From Candidatus Vampirococcus lugosii (GTDB lineage Bacteria > Patescibacteriota > Gracilibacteria > Absconditabacterales > Absconditicoccaceae), in contig NZ_JAEDAM010000032.1 in NCBI RefSeq assembly GCF_018420025.1, positions 1-11,174 on the forward strand: 11,174 nt of DNA, written 5' to 3'. Position 1 is the stretch's first letter; each line of letters starts with the position of its first letter. Both the position numbers and the translations under genes were made by a program. A model generated the notes under the pieces. The model was not told the origin of the DNA. It was given only the letters and a program-made list of their open reading frames with translations, and ran no database searches. Below, one piece after another: positions 1-11,174 of this stretch.

Positions 1-951
1 AGCTTTTATTTCAAAATTATATTCTCAAGCTTTAACATTTTCTAAATCAAAATTTTCATCTCAATTTATACTTAAACTATAATCTACATTTGGACTTACA
101 TTAAATACTACTTCATATCTTTCCTCTTCCAAATCAACATTTATTGTTTTTCATTCATCTTTTACCTCAAATTCTTCTGTCAAACTATTATATCCTGTCA
201 AACTTGCTTTATATTTATAACTTCCATTTACTAATTTATATATATTTCATGTTCAATTTATTTCATTTCATTCATTATCTTCTATTTCCAATTTTAAATC
301 TTCTGGATTTAAGTTAAATACTACTTCATATCTTTTCTCTTCCAAATCAACATTTATTGTTTTTCATTCATCTTTTACCTCAAAACTTCAAGTATAAGTT
401 TGATATCAATCAGCTTTTATTTCAAAATTATATTCTCAAGCTTTAACATTTTCTAAATCAAAATTTTCATCTCAATTTATACTTAAACTATAATCTACAT
501 TTGGACTTACATTAAATACTACTTCATATCTTTTCTCTTCCAAATCAACATTTATTGTTTTTCATTCATCTTTTACCTCAAAACTTCAAGTATAAGTTTG
601 ATATCAATCAGCTTTTATTTCAAAATTATATTCTCAAGCTTTAACATTTTCTAAATCAAAATTTTCATCTCAATTTATACTTAAACTATAATCTACATTT
701 GGACTTACATTAAATACTACTTCATATCTTTTCTCTTCCAAATCAACATTTATTGTTTTTCATTCATCTTTCACCTCAAATTCTTCTGTCAAACTATTAT
801 ATCCTGTCAAACTTGCTTTATATTTATAACTTCCATTTACTAATTTATATATATTTCATGTTCAATTTATTTCATTTCATTCATTATCTTCTATTTCCAA
901 TTTTAAATCTTCTGGATTTAAGTTAAATACTACTTCATATCTTTTCTCTTC
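1..951 (-). repeat. Near-identical in-frame coding tandem repeats (198-bp and 213-bp units, 609-bp super-period) encoding PEGA-like / carboxypeptidase-regulatory-like beta-sandwich domains of the protease
   Basis: Units on the minus strand are B1 739-951 (213 bp, 71 aa), A1 541-738 and A2 343-540 (198 bp, 66 aa each), B2 130-342 (213 bp) and A3 1-129 (cut by the window edge). Bases 1-342 are almost identical to 610-951. Unit A is EEKRYEVVFNVSPNVDYSLSINGDENFDLENVKAGEYNFEIKADGYQTYTGSFEVKDEGKTINVDL. Unit B is EEKRYEVVFNLNPEDLKLEIEDNEGNEINGTGNIYKLVNGSYKYKASLTGYNSLTEEFEVKDEGKTINVDL. The domain-family assignment rests on pattern resemblance only. Confidence 0.9.
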
Positions 952-2331
952 TACCTTGTCTGTCATACTTAATAAAGTTGCTTCCAAATCTGGAACAACA
1001 CCCCGTATAGTTTTAGTATCAAGAGAATCTAATTCTTGTCAATTATTTTTTATTAAATCAAAAATTTCACTATAAGTTTTTTCTGTTGCAAAAGACCAAA
1101 TTAAAGATACAACTCAAGCAATATGAGGAGATGCCATAGAAGTTCATGACATATTTCAATATTTATTTCAAGGCTTTGATGAATAAATTGAACTACCTGG
1201 TGCTCATATATGAACTGTTTTATCTCAAAAATTTGAAAAGCTAGATAATCATTTATCTTTTTTTAAAGATGCTACTGAAATAACATTGTCAAGTCATTCT
1301 ATACTATTTTCTCAACATTGAAAGTCTGATCAGAAACCTGCTGGAGTAAAAAAAGTTTGATCATTATCAGAAGAATTATTTCATGCAGATGCTATAAAGA
1401 CACCTCAATTATCTCAAAAATCTTTTATAGTATTATAAAATAGTTCATCAAAATAACAATTTGATTGATATCATAAACTTGCATTCAATACTTTTGCTCA
1501 ATTTTCTTTCGCAAAATTTATTCATCTAATTATACCACTTGTAGGACATGTTCAATTATCATTACAAACTTTCAAAGACATAATTTGTGCATATGGATTT
1601 ACTCAAACTATTCATCAATTTGATCAAAAACTATTTAAACTTCAAGCTATAGTTCAAGAAACATGTGTTCAGTGTCAATGTACATCATTTTGATCTTTTT
1701 GATTTGAAGCAAAATCATAACCATAAATACAATCTCACATATATTCTCAATTTCGATCAACACAATCATCTCAATTCCACATTTGTCATTCAAATTCTGG
1801 ATGATTATAATCAATTCATGTATCCAAAACACCTACCAATATTTTATTTGGATCTTGCATTTCCGAATTATATATATCAATTCATTTTGGCCATTTAATA
1901 AAATCCATTCACCAAAGTTTATCATAATCTGGAATATCTTTTGTTATATCATCAATTTCATAAATAAAATTTGGTTGAACATGTTTTACTCAAGGTTCTT
2001 TACTTAATTCTTTCATAAGTTCTTCTGTTGATTTAGCTTTAGACTTATTTTTTTGAGAATTAGTTCAAAACTTATTTCAAGTATCACTTTTTAATTTTAC
2101 TATATTTTTACTAGTATGTCAAATATTTTCAGTTTTATATCATTTTGATTTCATTCACTTTACAAAACTTTCAATATTTTGGGGTCAAATATTTCAAATT
2201 CTATCATCTTCATATAAAATAATAACTTCTCATTCTACATAAGGTTTATCAAAATTCGCAAATAATCTATTGACAAATCACATATAAATAATTAAAATTA
2301 TTGTTAATATTGAGAATATTGTTTTTTTCAT
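1..2331 (-). CDS. Subtilisin-family (peptidase S8) secreted serine protease, pre-pro form, with a C-terminal PEGA-like repeat array. The C-terminus runs off the left window edge (3'-partial).
   Basis: The minus-strand frame is set by ATG 2331-2329. With TGA=Gly it stays open for all 777 codons down to base 1 (hand translation: no TAA/TAG, about 63 in-frame TGA). Three subtilase catalytic motifs are present. VGVLDTGID has its Asp codon at 1822-1824, and the Gly of DTG is TGA at 1816-1818. HGHGTHVSGTIAG has its His at 1672-1674, with TGA glycines at 1675-1677, 1669-1671 and 1654-1656. GTSMASPHIAGV has its Ser at 1138-1140, preceded by a TGA Gly at 1144-1146. The N-terminus MKKTIFSILTIILIIYMGF is a signal/anchor helix. 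The segment ending ...EPGVKHVQPNFIYEI looks like an inhibitor-I9 type propeptide. Confidence 0.92.
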
Positions 2332-2366
2332 AGCATTTTTGTATAAAAAATAAAAATTATATTTTT

Positions 2367-2394
2367 TATATATCAAAAATACTCAAAAAGTCAA
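2367..2394 (-). promoter_or_regulatory. Candidate sigma-70-like promoter for the protease gene
   Basis: Minus strand reads TTGACT (2394-2389), 16-nt spacer, TATATA (2372-2367), about 35 nt upstream of ATG 2331. AT-rich DNA produces many such matches, so this is weak. Confidence 0.3.
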
Positions 2395-2439
2395 GTTAAA
2401 TTGATTATTTATATAATTTTTTTAAAAATAAAATAATAT

Positions 2440-2961
2440 CTAAAATTCTAAATCTTTCAAAATTCATAAAGTATTATTAATATTTCTATAAGTTTCTTTT
2501 TCTCACTTTTCCAAAATATGAAAACTGGTATAATTCCAGTCATTTATATTATCTACTATTCAATGTTTAATAGCATTAAAATTAACATAAACAAAACATT
2601 TCTGTAAATAAACATCATCTTGTATAGCTTTTACTTTGAATCTTCAATCAAATACAGGTCATTTTCAAGTTCAATATTTTGCTTTAAAATATTGTGCATA
2701 AGATTGTTGAATTTTTCTCATAAAGTTTGAAATATAATTTTCAGTTTCAGATTTTGAAATTAATATAAAATGAAAATGATTTGGCAAAAAACAATATGAA
2801 ACCAAATCTATTTTTGAAAAATCTCATTTTGAATATTTTAAAATTATTTTGTAAAATCTATCATAATCAGAATGTTCATAAAAAATTCTCTGTTGTTCAA
2901 ATCAACGATTAAAAATATGATAATATATATAAGGATATAATTTAAAATATCTAATTGGCAT
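2440..2961 (-). CDS. HUH-type Y1 tyrosine transposase of the IS200-like / REP-associated (RayT, COG1943-like) family
   Basis: ATG 2961-2959 to TAG 2442-2440, 173 aa, with 9 in-frame TGA read as Gly. Motifs seen: YHIFNRG near the N-terminus, the HUH motif in LPNHFHFIL, GPVFDGRFK, and the catalytic-Tyr region CFVYVNFNAIKHGIVDNINDWNYTSF. Order and spacing are typical of RayT-type transposases. Confidence 0.82.
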
Positions 2962-2982
2962 CTTACTTTTTTTAAATATAAA

Positions 2983-3054
2983 TTCTCGCCCGGGCGGATA
3001 TATTATATTAATTTTAAATTAAATTTCAAGCAAAATTTCCCGCCCGGGCGAGAA
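2983..3054. repeat. Pair of inverted GC-rich REP-like palindromes flanking a 42-nt AT-rich spacer, immediately upstream of the RayT-like gene
   Basis: TTCTCGCCCGGGCGG (2983-2997) is the exact reverse complement of CCGCCCGGGCGAGAA (3040-3054). Each arm also contains the self-complementary core CGCCCGGGCG. These are by far the most GC-rich 15-mers in an otherwise AT-rich window, and they start 22 nt upstream of ATG 2961. Confidence 0.7.
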
Positions 3055-3064
3055 AACAACAATT

Positions 3065-3094
3065 AAAAAAAACTCCGACCAAGGTCAGAGTTTT
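3065..3094 (-). terminator. Rho-independent terminator of the SLH surface-protein gene
   Basis: Minus strand reads AAAACTCTGACC-TT-GGTCGGAGTTTT followed by TTTT. That is a 10-12 bp stem with one G-U pair and then a T-run, located about 36 nt after the TAA at 3131-3133. Confidence 0.7.
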
Positions 3095-3130
3095 AAAACT
3101 AAATTAATAAGTTTTTTGTTAAAAAAGTAA

Positions 3131-6841
<3,711 letters not shown>

Positions 6842-6915
6842 GTGTTTGTATTAGATAAGTATATAAATAAAACTGTTTTCTCCATTATATAATTTAAATT
6901 ATGGAGCACAGCGGT

Positions 6916-6943
6916 AGTTTACAAATTTTTTATAAAAATTCAA
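6916..6943 (-). promoter_or_regulatory. One of several candidate sigma-70-like promoters for the surface-protein gene within the 376-nt AT-rich intergenic region 6842-7217
   Basis: Minus strand reads TTGAAT (6943-6938), 16-nt spacer, TAAACT (6921-6916). Alternatives exist, for example TTGCAC-N17-TAAATG about 60 nt further upstream. Sequence alone cannot distinguish them. Confidence 0.2.
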
Positions 6944-7217
6944 GAGAATTTTAATAAAAATATATAATTAAAGTAAATAACAACATTTAAGCACTATTGT
7001 AAACTTGTGCAAACTGTATTACGATATATGTTTTTATTTGTGACAAAAAAAATTATAAATTAGTAATAATAGTTAGTATTAATCATAATATACAGAGCAA
7101 AACTATTATAATTCATATTAAATTATATTTTTTATTATTCATAAATATATATTAAATATTAAATATATACTATATTATATAATATAATATTTTTTTTGCA
7201 AATTAATCATAAATAAT

Positions 7218-8645
7218 TTAAGTTATTATTCTGAAATATCTCAAAACAAATAATAAACTAATAAATAATAATATCAATTTTATTTTTAATATATAATTTT
7301 GTATTATCATATAAAATCAATTCATATAAAATAAATTAGAAATACAATAAAACCAATCAACAATTATATTTTGTAAATAAATCAAATAACTAAAATCAAA
7401 AAATATAAGAGATAAAGAAATTATCATTAATAATGGCAAAAATGGAACAACTAAAATATTTGCAAATATTGTAAAAAGATTTATTTGATCAGTAAAAAAA
7501 AGTAAAAATGGAAAAACTCATAAACTAGCTCATATAGTGGGATATACATATTCTCAAATTCTTTTATGAACAAAAGATTTTTGTTTAGGTAAAAAATATT
7601 GAAAAACAATAATTCAAATTAAAGCAGAAAAACTTAAAGCAAAACCCATATCATATAATATACTATAAGGATTAAACAATAAAACAATTACAAAAGCTGT
7701 TTTTATTAAATTCCATATATACACTTCCCTACCTGCCAATATAGCAAATAAAGTAATGGATCACATAATCCAAGCACGAAAAATATTTGCTGAAAGTCAA
7801 ACCATAAAAGAATAAAAACTTACACAAAAAATAATAATTATTATTCTAATATACAAAGGTAGCCAAAAAAATAAAATATTTAAGAAAAATACTAAAAAAG
7901 CTATATGAGTTCCACTAGTTGCAATCATATGAACTAATCATGTTTCCAAAAATGTTTGATATTCAAAATTAGGAATTAATGATCTATCCCCTATCAACAC
8001 TCATATAGATAAACCAGAATATTTATTATTTCATAAATTTTCTTGTAATGAAGATTTTACAAAATTTTTGGACCAAAATAAATAATCAAGATTATTATTA
8101 TCCAAATAAATAAAATTATCTTCATAAATTGTTCAATAATATTTTTTCAAAAATAGCCAATATTTGTAATCAAATTCATATTCAAAATCTTTTGTAGACA
8201 AATTTATATAAAAATCTTCAAAAAAATTATCAAAATCATTTAATATTTTACTTTGAGTCAATCACGGAGAATATGATGAATAAGTTTTTATTGTATCTCA
8301 TATATTATGTTCATAATCTGAATAATAAATATATTTTCTATTATGATAATCTTTAAAAATAAATCTTTGAGAATCAATTCTATCTACAATCTGCCCTGTT
8401 CATACAAAAGATTTATCAAAATCAGGAATTTTTTGGAAATAAAAATAATGATTAATAAAAATAGATAAAAATGGAAATAAAATTACCAATAATATATTTG
8501 AGAAAAATAAAAATAATTTTTCTTTGTAAAAAATTTGTAAAATAGAAATTATAAATAATTCAATCAAGGATATTATTGAAAAAAGAAATAAATCTTCTAT
8601 CAATACTAACAATAAAATATTTATACTAAAAAATAAAATATACAT
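7218..8645 (-). CDS. comEC: ComEC/Rec2-family DNA internalisation channel, short form (OB-fold plus Competence domain only, no metallo-beta-lactamase domain)
   Basis: ATG 8645-8643 to TAA 7220-7218, 475 aa, hand-translated with TGA=Gly and no other stops. The N-terminus has hydrophobic helices (MYILFFSINILLLVLIEDLFLFSIISLIELFIISIL...). An OB-fold-like soluble segment follows: GTGQIVDRIDSQRFIFKDY...IGDTIKTYSSYSP. The hallmark Competence-domain motif is GLSIGVLIGDRSLIPNFEYQTFLETGLVHMIATSGTHIAFLVFFL. Several further hydrophobic segments then run to the C-terminus. Confidence 0.87.
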
Positions 8646-8668
8646 AACTAAATTTTTGTAAAATAAAT

Positions 8669-9550
8669 TTAATTATCAATTAATTTTGATATTTTATCTT
8701 GATATGAAATACTTTGATATGGAATAGATAGATATTTTAATATCAATAAAAAATGCAGTCTAGCCCCTACCCCACTTTTTGCTGTAGAAAAAAAATCAAT
8801 TATTTCTTTTATAGATTTATCACTTCGATCATAAATTTCAATATTTTTGTATTGAGATCTTAATATTTGATATACACTTATATCTTCACTAATATCTCAT
8901 GGCACAAAATAAATTTTTTCATTATTTTGAATTTGACAAGCTTTAAATAATTTTTGTCGATCATATTTTGATTTAATATACGGATTTCAATTTATCAAAA
9001 TATTATTTGAAATAGATTTTTTTTCAATTTTGAATTTATCCAAAACATCAATAGCAAAATCATGATATTGAATAGTATTTTTATTATAAGATTTAGCAAT
9101 ATTGAAAGAATCTTTTTCTCTTACTACTATATTTTTAGCTTTAGGAAGTAAAAAATTATATAAATATTTAGTTCTTTTTTTATTTATTTTTCATATTCAT
9201 CAAAATAAAACAAAATCTTCAAAAAATATTTTATTAAAAAATTTTATAGGATATAAATAACCATCATAAGGGAAAGATCTCTGATCAGTAAGTACTTCCC
9301 CACCTCATCGAAAATGTATAGTATTTTTTGTAAAAAAAGGATATTTTTGAGAAAAAGTAATTTTATTAATATCAATATCTAATAAATCTTTATTTTTATC
9401 TAACCAAGAACTTAACCAATCTGGATTTGGACTTATTATTTTCAATAAATTTAAATCATAATTATTAAAAATGTAATTTATTAATCATATCATAAGTATC
9501 TCATCTCACAGGTTCTTGTATCAAAAATAACCTTTCAATATTCATTGCAT
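8669..9550 (-). CDS. csaB: Polysaccharide pyruvyl transferase, CsaB-like
   Basis: ATG 9550-9548 to TAA 8671-8669, 293 aa. An in-frame TAA at 9578-9580 bounds the frame upstream. The motif series is in CsaB order: MQGILKGYFGYKNLGDEILM (N-terminal GYYGxxNxGDE type), HFRGGGEVLTD, LFGGIG, NIVVREKDSF, DFAIDV, IYFVPGDISED, and C-terminal GVGARLHFLLILKYLSIPYQSISYQDKI (MRLHaLI...P..isYdpK type). Confidence 0.78.
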
Positions 9551-11174
9551 TTTTTTTAAATAAATTTTTAAAATTTTTTATCTCAGAATTAAACAGTGAA
9601 AAAATATATTTATTAGTATTTTTAAATACATTAAAATAATAATTTGGAATATATTTATTATAATATGAAGGCAAATCTGATATATTGCCATTATTTATCA
9701 TTTCAATATGAGATATATTATAAGGTTTAACTTTTATTCAATCAATTTCAAGTAAATCTTTTCATTCTTTTAAATTATCAATTTGATTTTGATAAATATC
9801 ATTAACACTTGAAATTCAAGATTCTTCAAATACCATATACCAATCTGACTTAAGTTTTTTATTTACTATATTTGAATAATTTTTATGCAAATTCATTTTA
9901 TTTTTATACAATTCTCTATCATCAACACATTTAGATCGTGAATTTCTCGCCCGTTCATATTTGTTTTTATTTTGTAAAATTATATTATCCATTTTTTCAA
10001 TATTTTTGATGGAAGTATTTATTATTTTTGGCAATTCATACTCCCCTAACAAAAATTCATCTTGATAATCAAAAAGTCTATATTCTCATTCATAATTATT
10101 ATCAAAATATAAGCTTTGATATCAATTTGAATTAGTAGACACTACCCTGTCCATTATCTGTCAATCTTGTCATATTAATTCTAATTTTTGAGAATTTAAA
10201 CTAATATAAATAGAATCCAAAGTATAAACATTTAAATCTCTAGGAAAAGCAAATTCAGTATCTGAAATTACAATATATTCTCAAGATCAAACATTTATTT
10301 CAAACTCTCTAGAACTAGATCATCGTCATAATCAATTTACTTTCAAATTTCAAGAATACACTCATCATATAGATTGAATTTTTATATATGATGCTAACAA
10401 ATCATTAACAGGATTTATTTCAACTATTTTCAAATTTCATTGATTATTTTTCTCTTCTTTATTTTCTTCATCTTTATTTTCAATTATTTCACTGTCCAAA
10501 CTGTCTATATTTTGTCAATCTTTATTTTGACAATTTGTAGGGGAGTCTAGACTTATATTTTTGTCATCAATAATATTTTGTAATATACTTTGTCAAATTC
10601 ATTTTATTTCAAGTAATTCTTCATATTTACAATATGGTTTATTTTTTATTATTTCTCTTGCTATATTTTCTCATATTCTATTTATTGTTTTTAACTCTTC
10701 TATACTTGCCGTATTTATTTCAATTTTTTTGTTTATTTCATTTTGTTCAATTTTTTTATTTTCTTCATCTTTATTTTGTCAAGTTTCTTTATTTTCTTCA
10801 TCTTTATTTTCAATTATTTCATTGTCCAAACTGTCTATATTTTGTCAATCTTTATTTTGACAATTTGTAGGGGAGTCTAGACTTATATTTTTGTCATCAA
10901 TAATATTTTGTAATATACTTTGTCAAATTCATTTTATTTCAAGTAATTCTTCATATTTACAATATGGTTTATTTTTTATTATTTCTCTTGCTATATTTTC
11001 TCATATTCTATTTATTGTTTTTAACTCTTCTATACTTGCTGTATTTATTTCAAATTTTTTGTTTATTTCATTTTGTTCAATTTCTTTATTCTCTTCATCT
11101 TTATTTTCAATTATTTCATTGTCCAAACTGTCTATATTTTGTCAATCTTTATTTTGACAATTTGTAGGGGAGTC
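9465..11174 (-). CDS. Multi-domain DNA-binding surface protein: tandem ComEA-type helix-hairpin-helix domains, a lamin-tail domain (LTD) and an unassigned Asn/Lys-rich C-terminal region. The N-terminus runs off the right window edge (5'-partial).
   Basis: The frame is open from base 11174 (a codon boundary) to TAA 9467-9465 with TGA=Gly. ORF-track fragments 9501..9701 and 9816..10052 lie in this frame. The ComEA-like HhH pair INTASIEELKTINRIGENIAREIIKNKPYCKYEELLEIKGIGQSILQNII occurs twice, at about 10899-11048 and 10569-10718. The LTD-like segment (about 10140-10436) reads NLKIVEINPVNDLLASYIKIQSIGGVYSGNLKVNGLG...EFEINVGSGEYIVISD...ISLNSQKLELIGQDGQIMDRVV. The remaining roughly 225 aa (9468-10139) match nothing I recognise. 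Confidence 0.85.
10455..11174 (-). repeat. Near-identical in-frame tandem repeat (330-bp and 297-bp units), each encoding one ComEA-like HhH domain plus an acidic Asn/Lys/Glu linker
   Basis: Unit 1 is 10531-10860 (330 bp) and unit 2 is 10861-11157 (297 bp). A partial copy lies at 10455-10530, and the start of another at 11158-11174. The units differ by a handful of substitutions and one 33-bp (11-codon) indel, which is itself an internal sub-repeat (KNEEDKNQGTE / KNEEDKNEIIE, 10751-10816). CAATTTGTAGGGGAGTC recurs at 10531, 10861 and 11158. Confidence 0.9.

Larger units (their letters stand above)
2440..3054 (-). mobile_element. Possible RayT/REP unit (domesticated or active IS200-like element) inserted between the surface-protein terminator and the protease promoter
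   Basis: This is the transposase CDS plus the adjacent palindrome pair. Palindromes occur on one side only (nothing comparable in 2332-2439), and I could not identify target-site or element ends. Confidence 0.4.

Noticed and set aside
1-951. CRISPR array (also considered for 10455-11174) because of the regular direct repeats
   Set aside because: The periods are 198-330 bp with no unique spacers. The repeats are contiguous, in frame and encode folded-domain-like sequence.
1647-2007. Short track ORFs 1647..1832(-), 1665..1898(+) and 1783..2007(+)
   Set aside because: All are off-frame or antisense to the subtilase frame, which carries the catalytic Asp and His motifs in exactly this interval.
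6901-6954. 17-codon plus-strand ORF (MEHSGSLQIFYKNSREF) in the intergenic region
   Set aside because: It is too short, has no supporting signal and is antisense to the likely 5' UTR of the surface-protein gene.
7171-7186. Perfect 16-nt palindrome TATATTATATAATATA just downstream of comEC, considered as a possible terminator or operator
   Set aside because: It is pure A/T in a low-complexity AT tract. The hairpin would be very weak, and such palindromes arise by chance in this composition.
6842-7217. tRNA, small RNA or riboswitch in the only long intergenic region
   Set aside because: I could not trace a cloverleaf or any conserved riboswitch-like helices. Only one imperfect hairpin is present, and it is reported above as a weak observation.
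9944-9953. A third copy of the REP-like element (TTCTCGCCCG matches the arm at 2984-2993)
   Set aside because: Only 10 nt match and the palindromic second half is missing, so no hairpin can form. It lies inside the coding frame (ERARNS). It is most simply a coincidence, though a genome-wide count of the motif would settle this.
10561-11167. Four plus-strand ORFs from the track (10561..10860, 10634..10870, 10891..11157, 10964..11167) encoding Phe/Leu/Ser-rich membrane-looking peptides
   Set aside because: They are the antisense reading of the Asn/Lys/Glu-rich HhH repeat on the minus strand. They are duplicated only because the DNA repeat is duplicated. They carry no recognisable motif, whereas the minus frame carries the ComEA and LTD motifs.
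10455-11174. Diversity-generating retroelement template/variable repeat pair
   Set aside because: The few differences between copies are not concentrated at adenines of one copy, and one is synonymous. No reverse transcriptase gene is present in the window.

Overview
This is a very AT-rich 11.2-kb fragment. The standard-code six-frame track shows only short ORFs. When TGA is read as glycine (translation table 25, typical of Gracilibacteria/Absconditabacteria-type candidate-phyla-radiation bacteria), the minus strand resolves into six long co-directional genes. I translated every codon of these frames by hand and found no in-frame TAA or TAG. In transcription order, right to left: (1) 9465..>11174, a 5'-truncated gene with tandem ComEA-type helix-hairpin-helix DNA-binding domains, a lamin-tail domain and an unrecognisable C-terminal region. 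(2) 8669..9550, a CsaB-like polysaccharide pyruvyl transferase that overlaps gene 1 by 86 nt. (3) 7218..8645, a short ComEC/Rec2 DNA-import channel with no metallo-beta-lactamase domain. (4) 3131..6841, a 1236-aa surface protein with a signal peptide, three SLH domains, an acidic Glu-Pro linker and about six divergent beta-sandwich-like modules, followed by an intrinsic terminator. (5) 2440..2961, a RayT/IS200-like HUH tyrosine transposase, preceded by a pair of GC-rich REP-like palindromes at 2983..3054. (6) 1..2331, a 3'-truncated subtilisin-family S8 protease carrying a near-identical PEGA-like repeat array. Both window ends lie inside near-perfect coding tandem repeats. I saw no rRNA, tRNA or CRISPR array. 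The main hypothesis worth testing is that this is an envelope-anchored S-layer plus DNA-capture/uptake module in a recoded, probably host-dependent bacterium. All family assignments rest on motif recognition by eye; no database search was possible.
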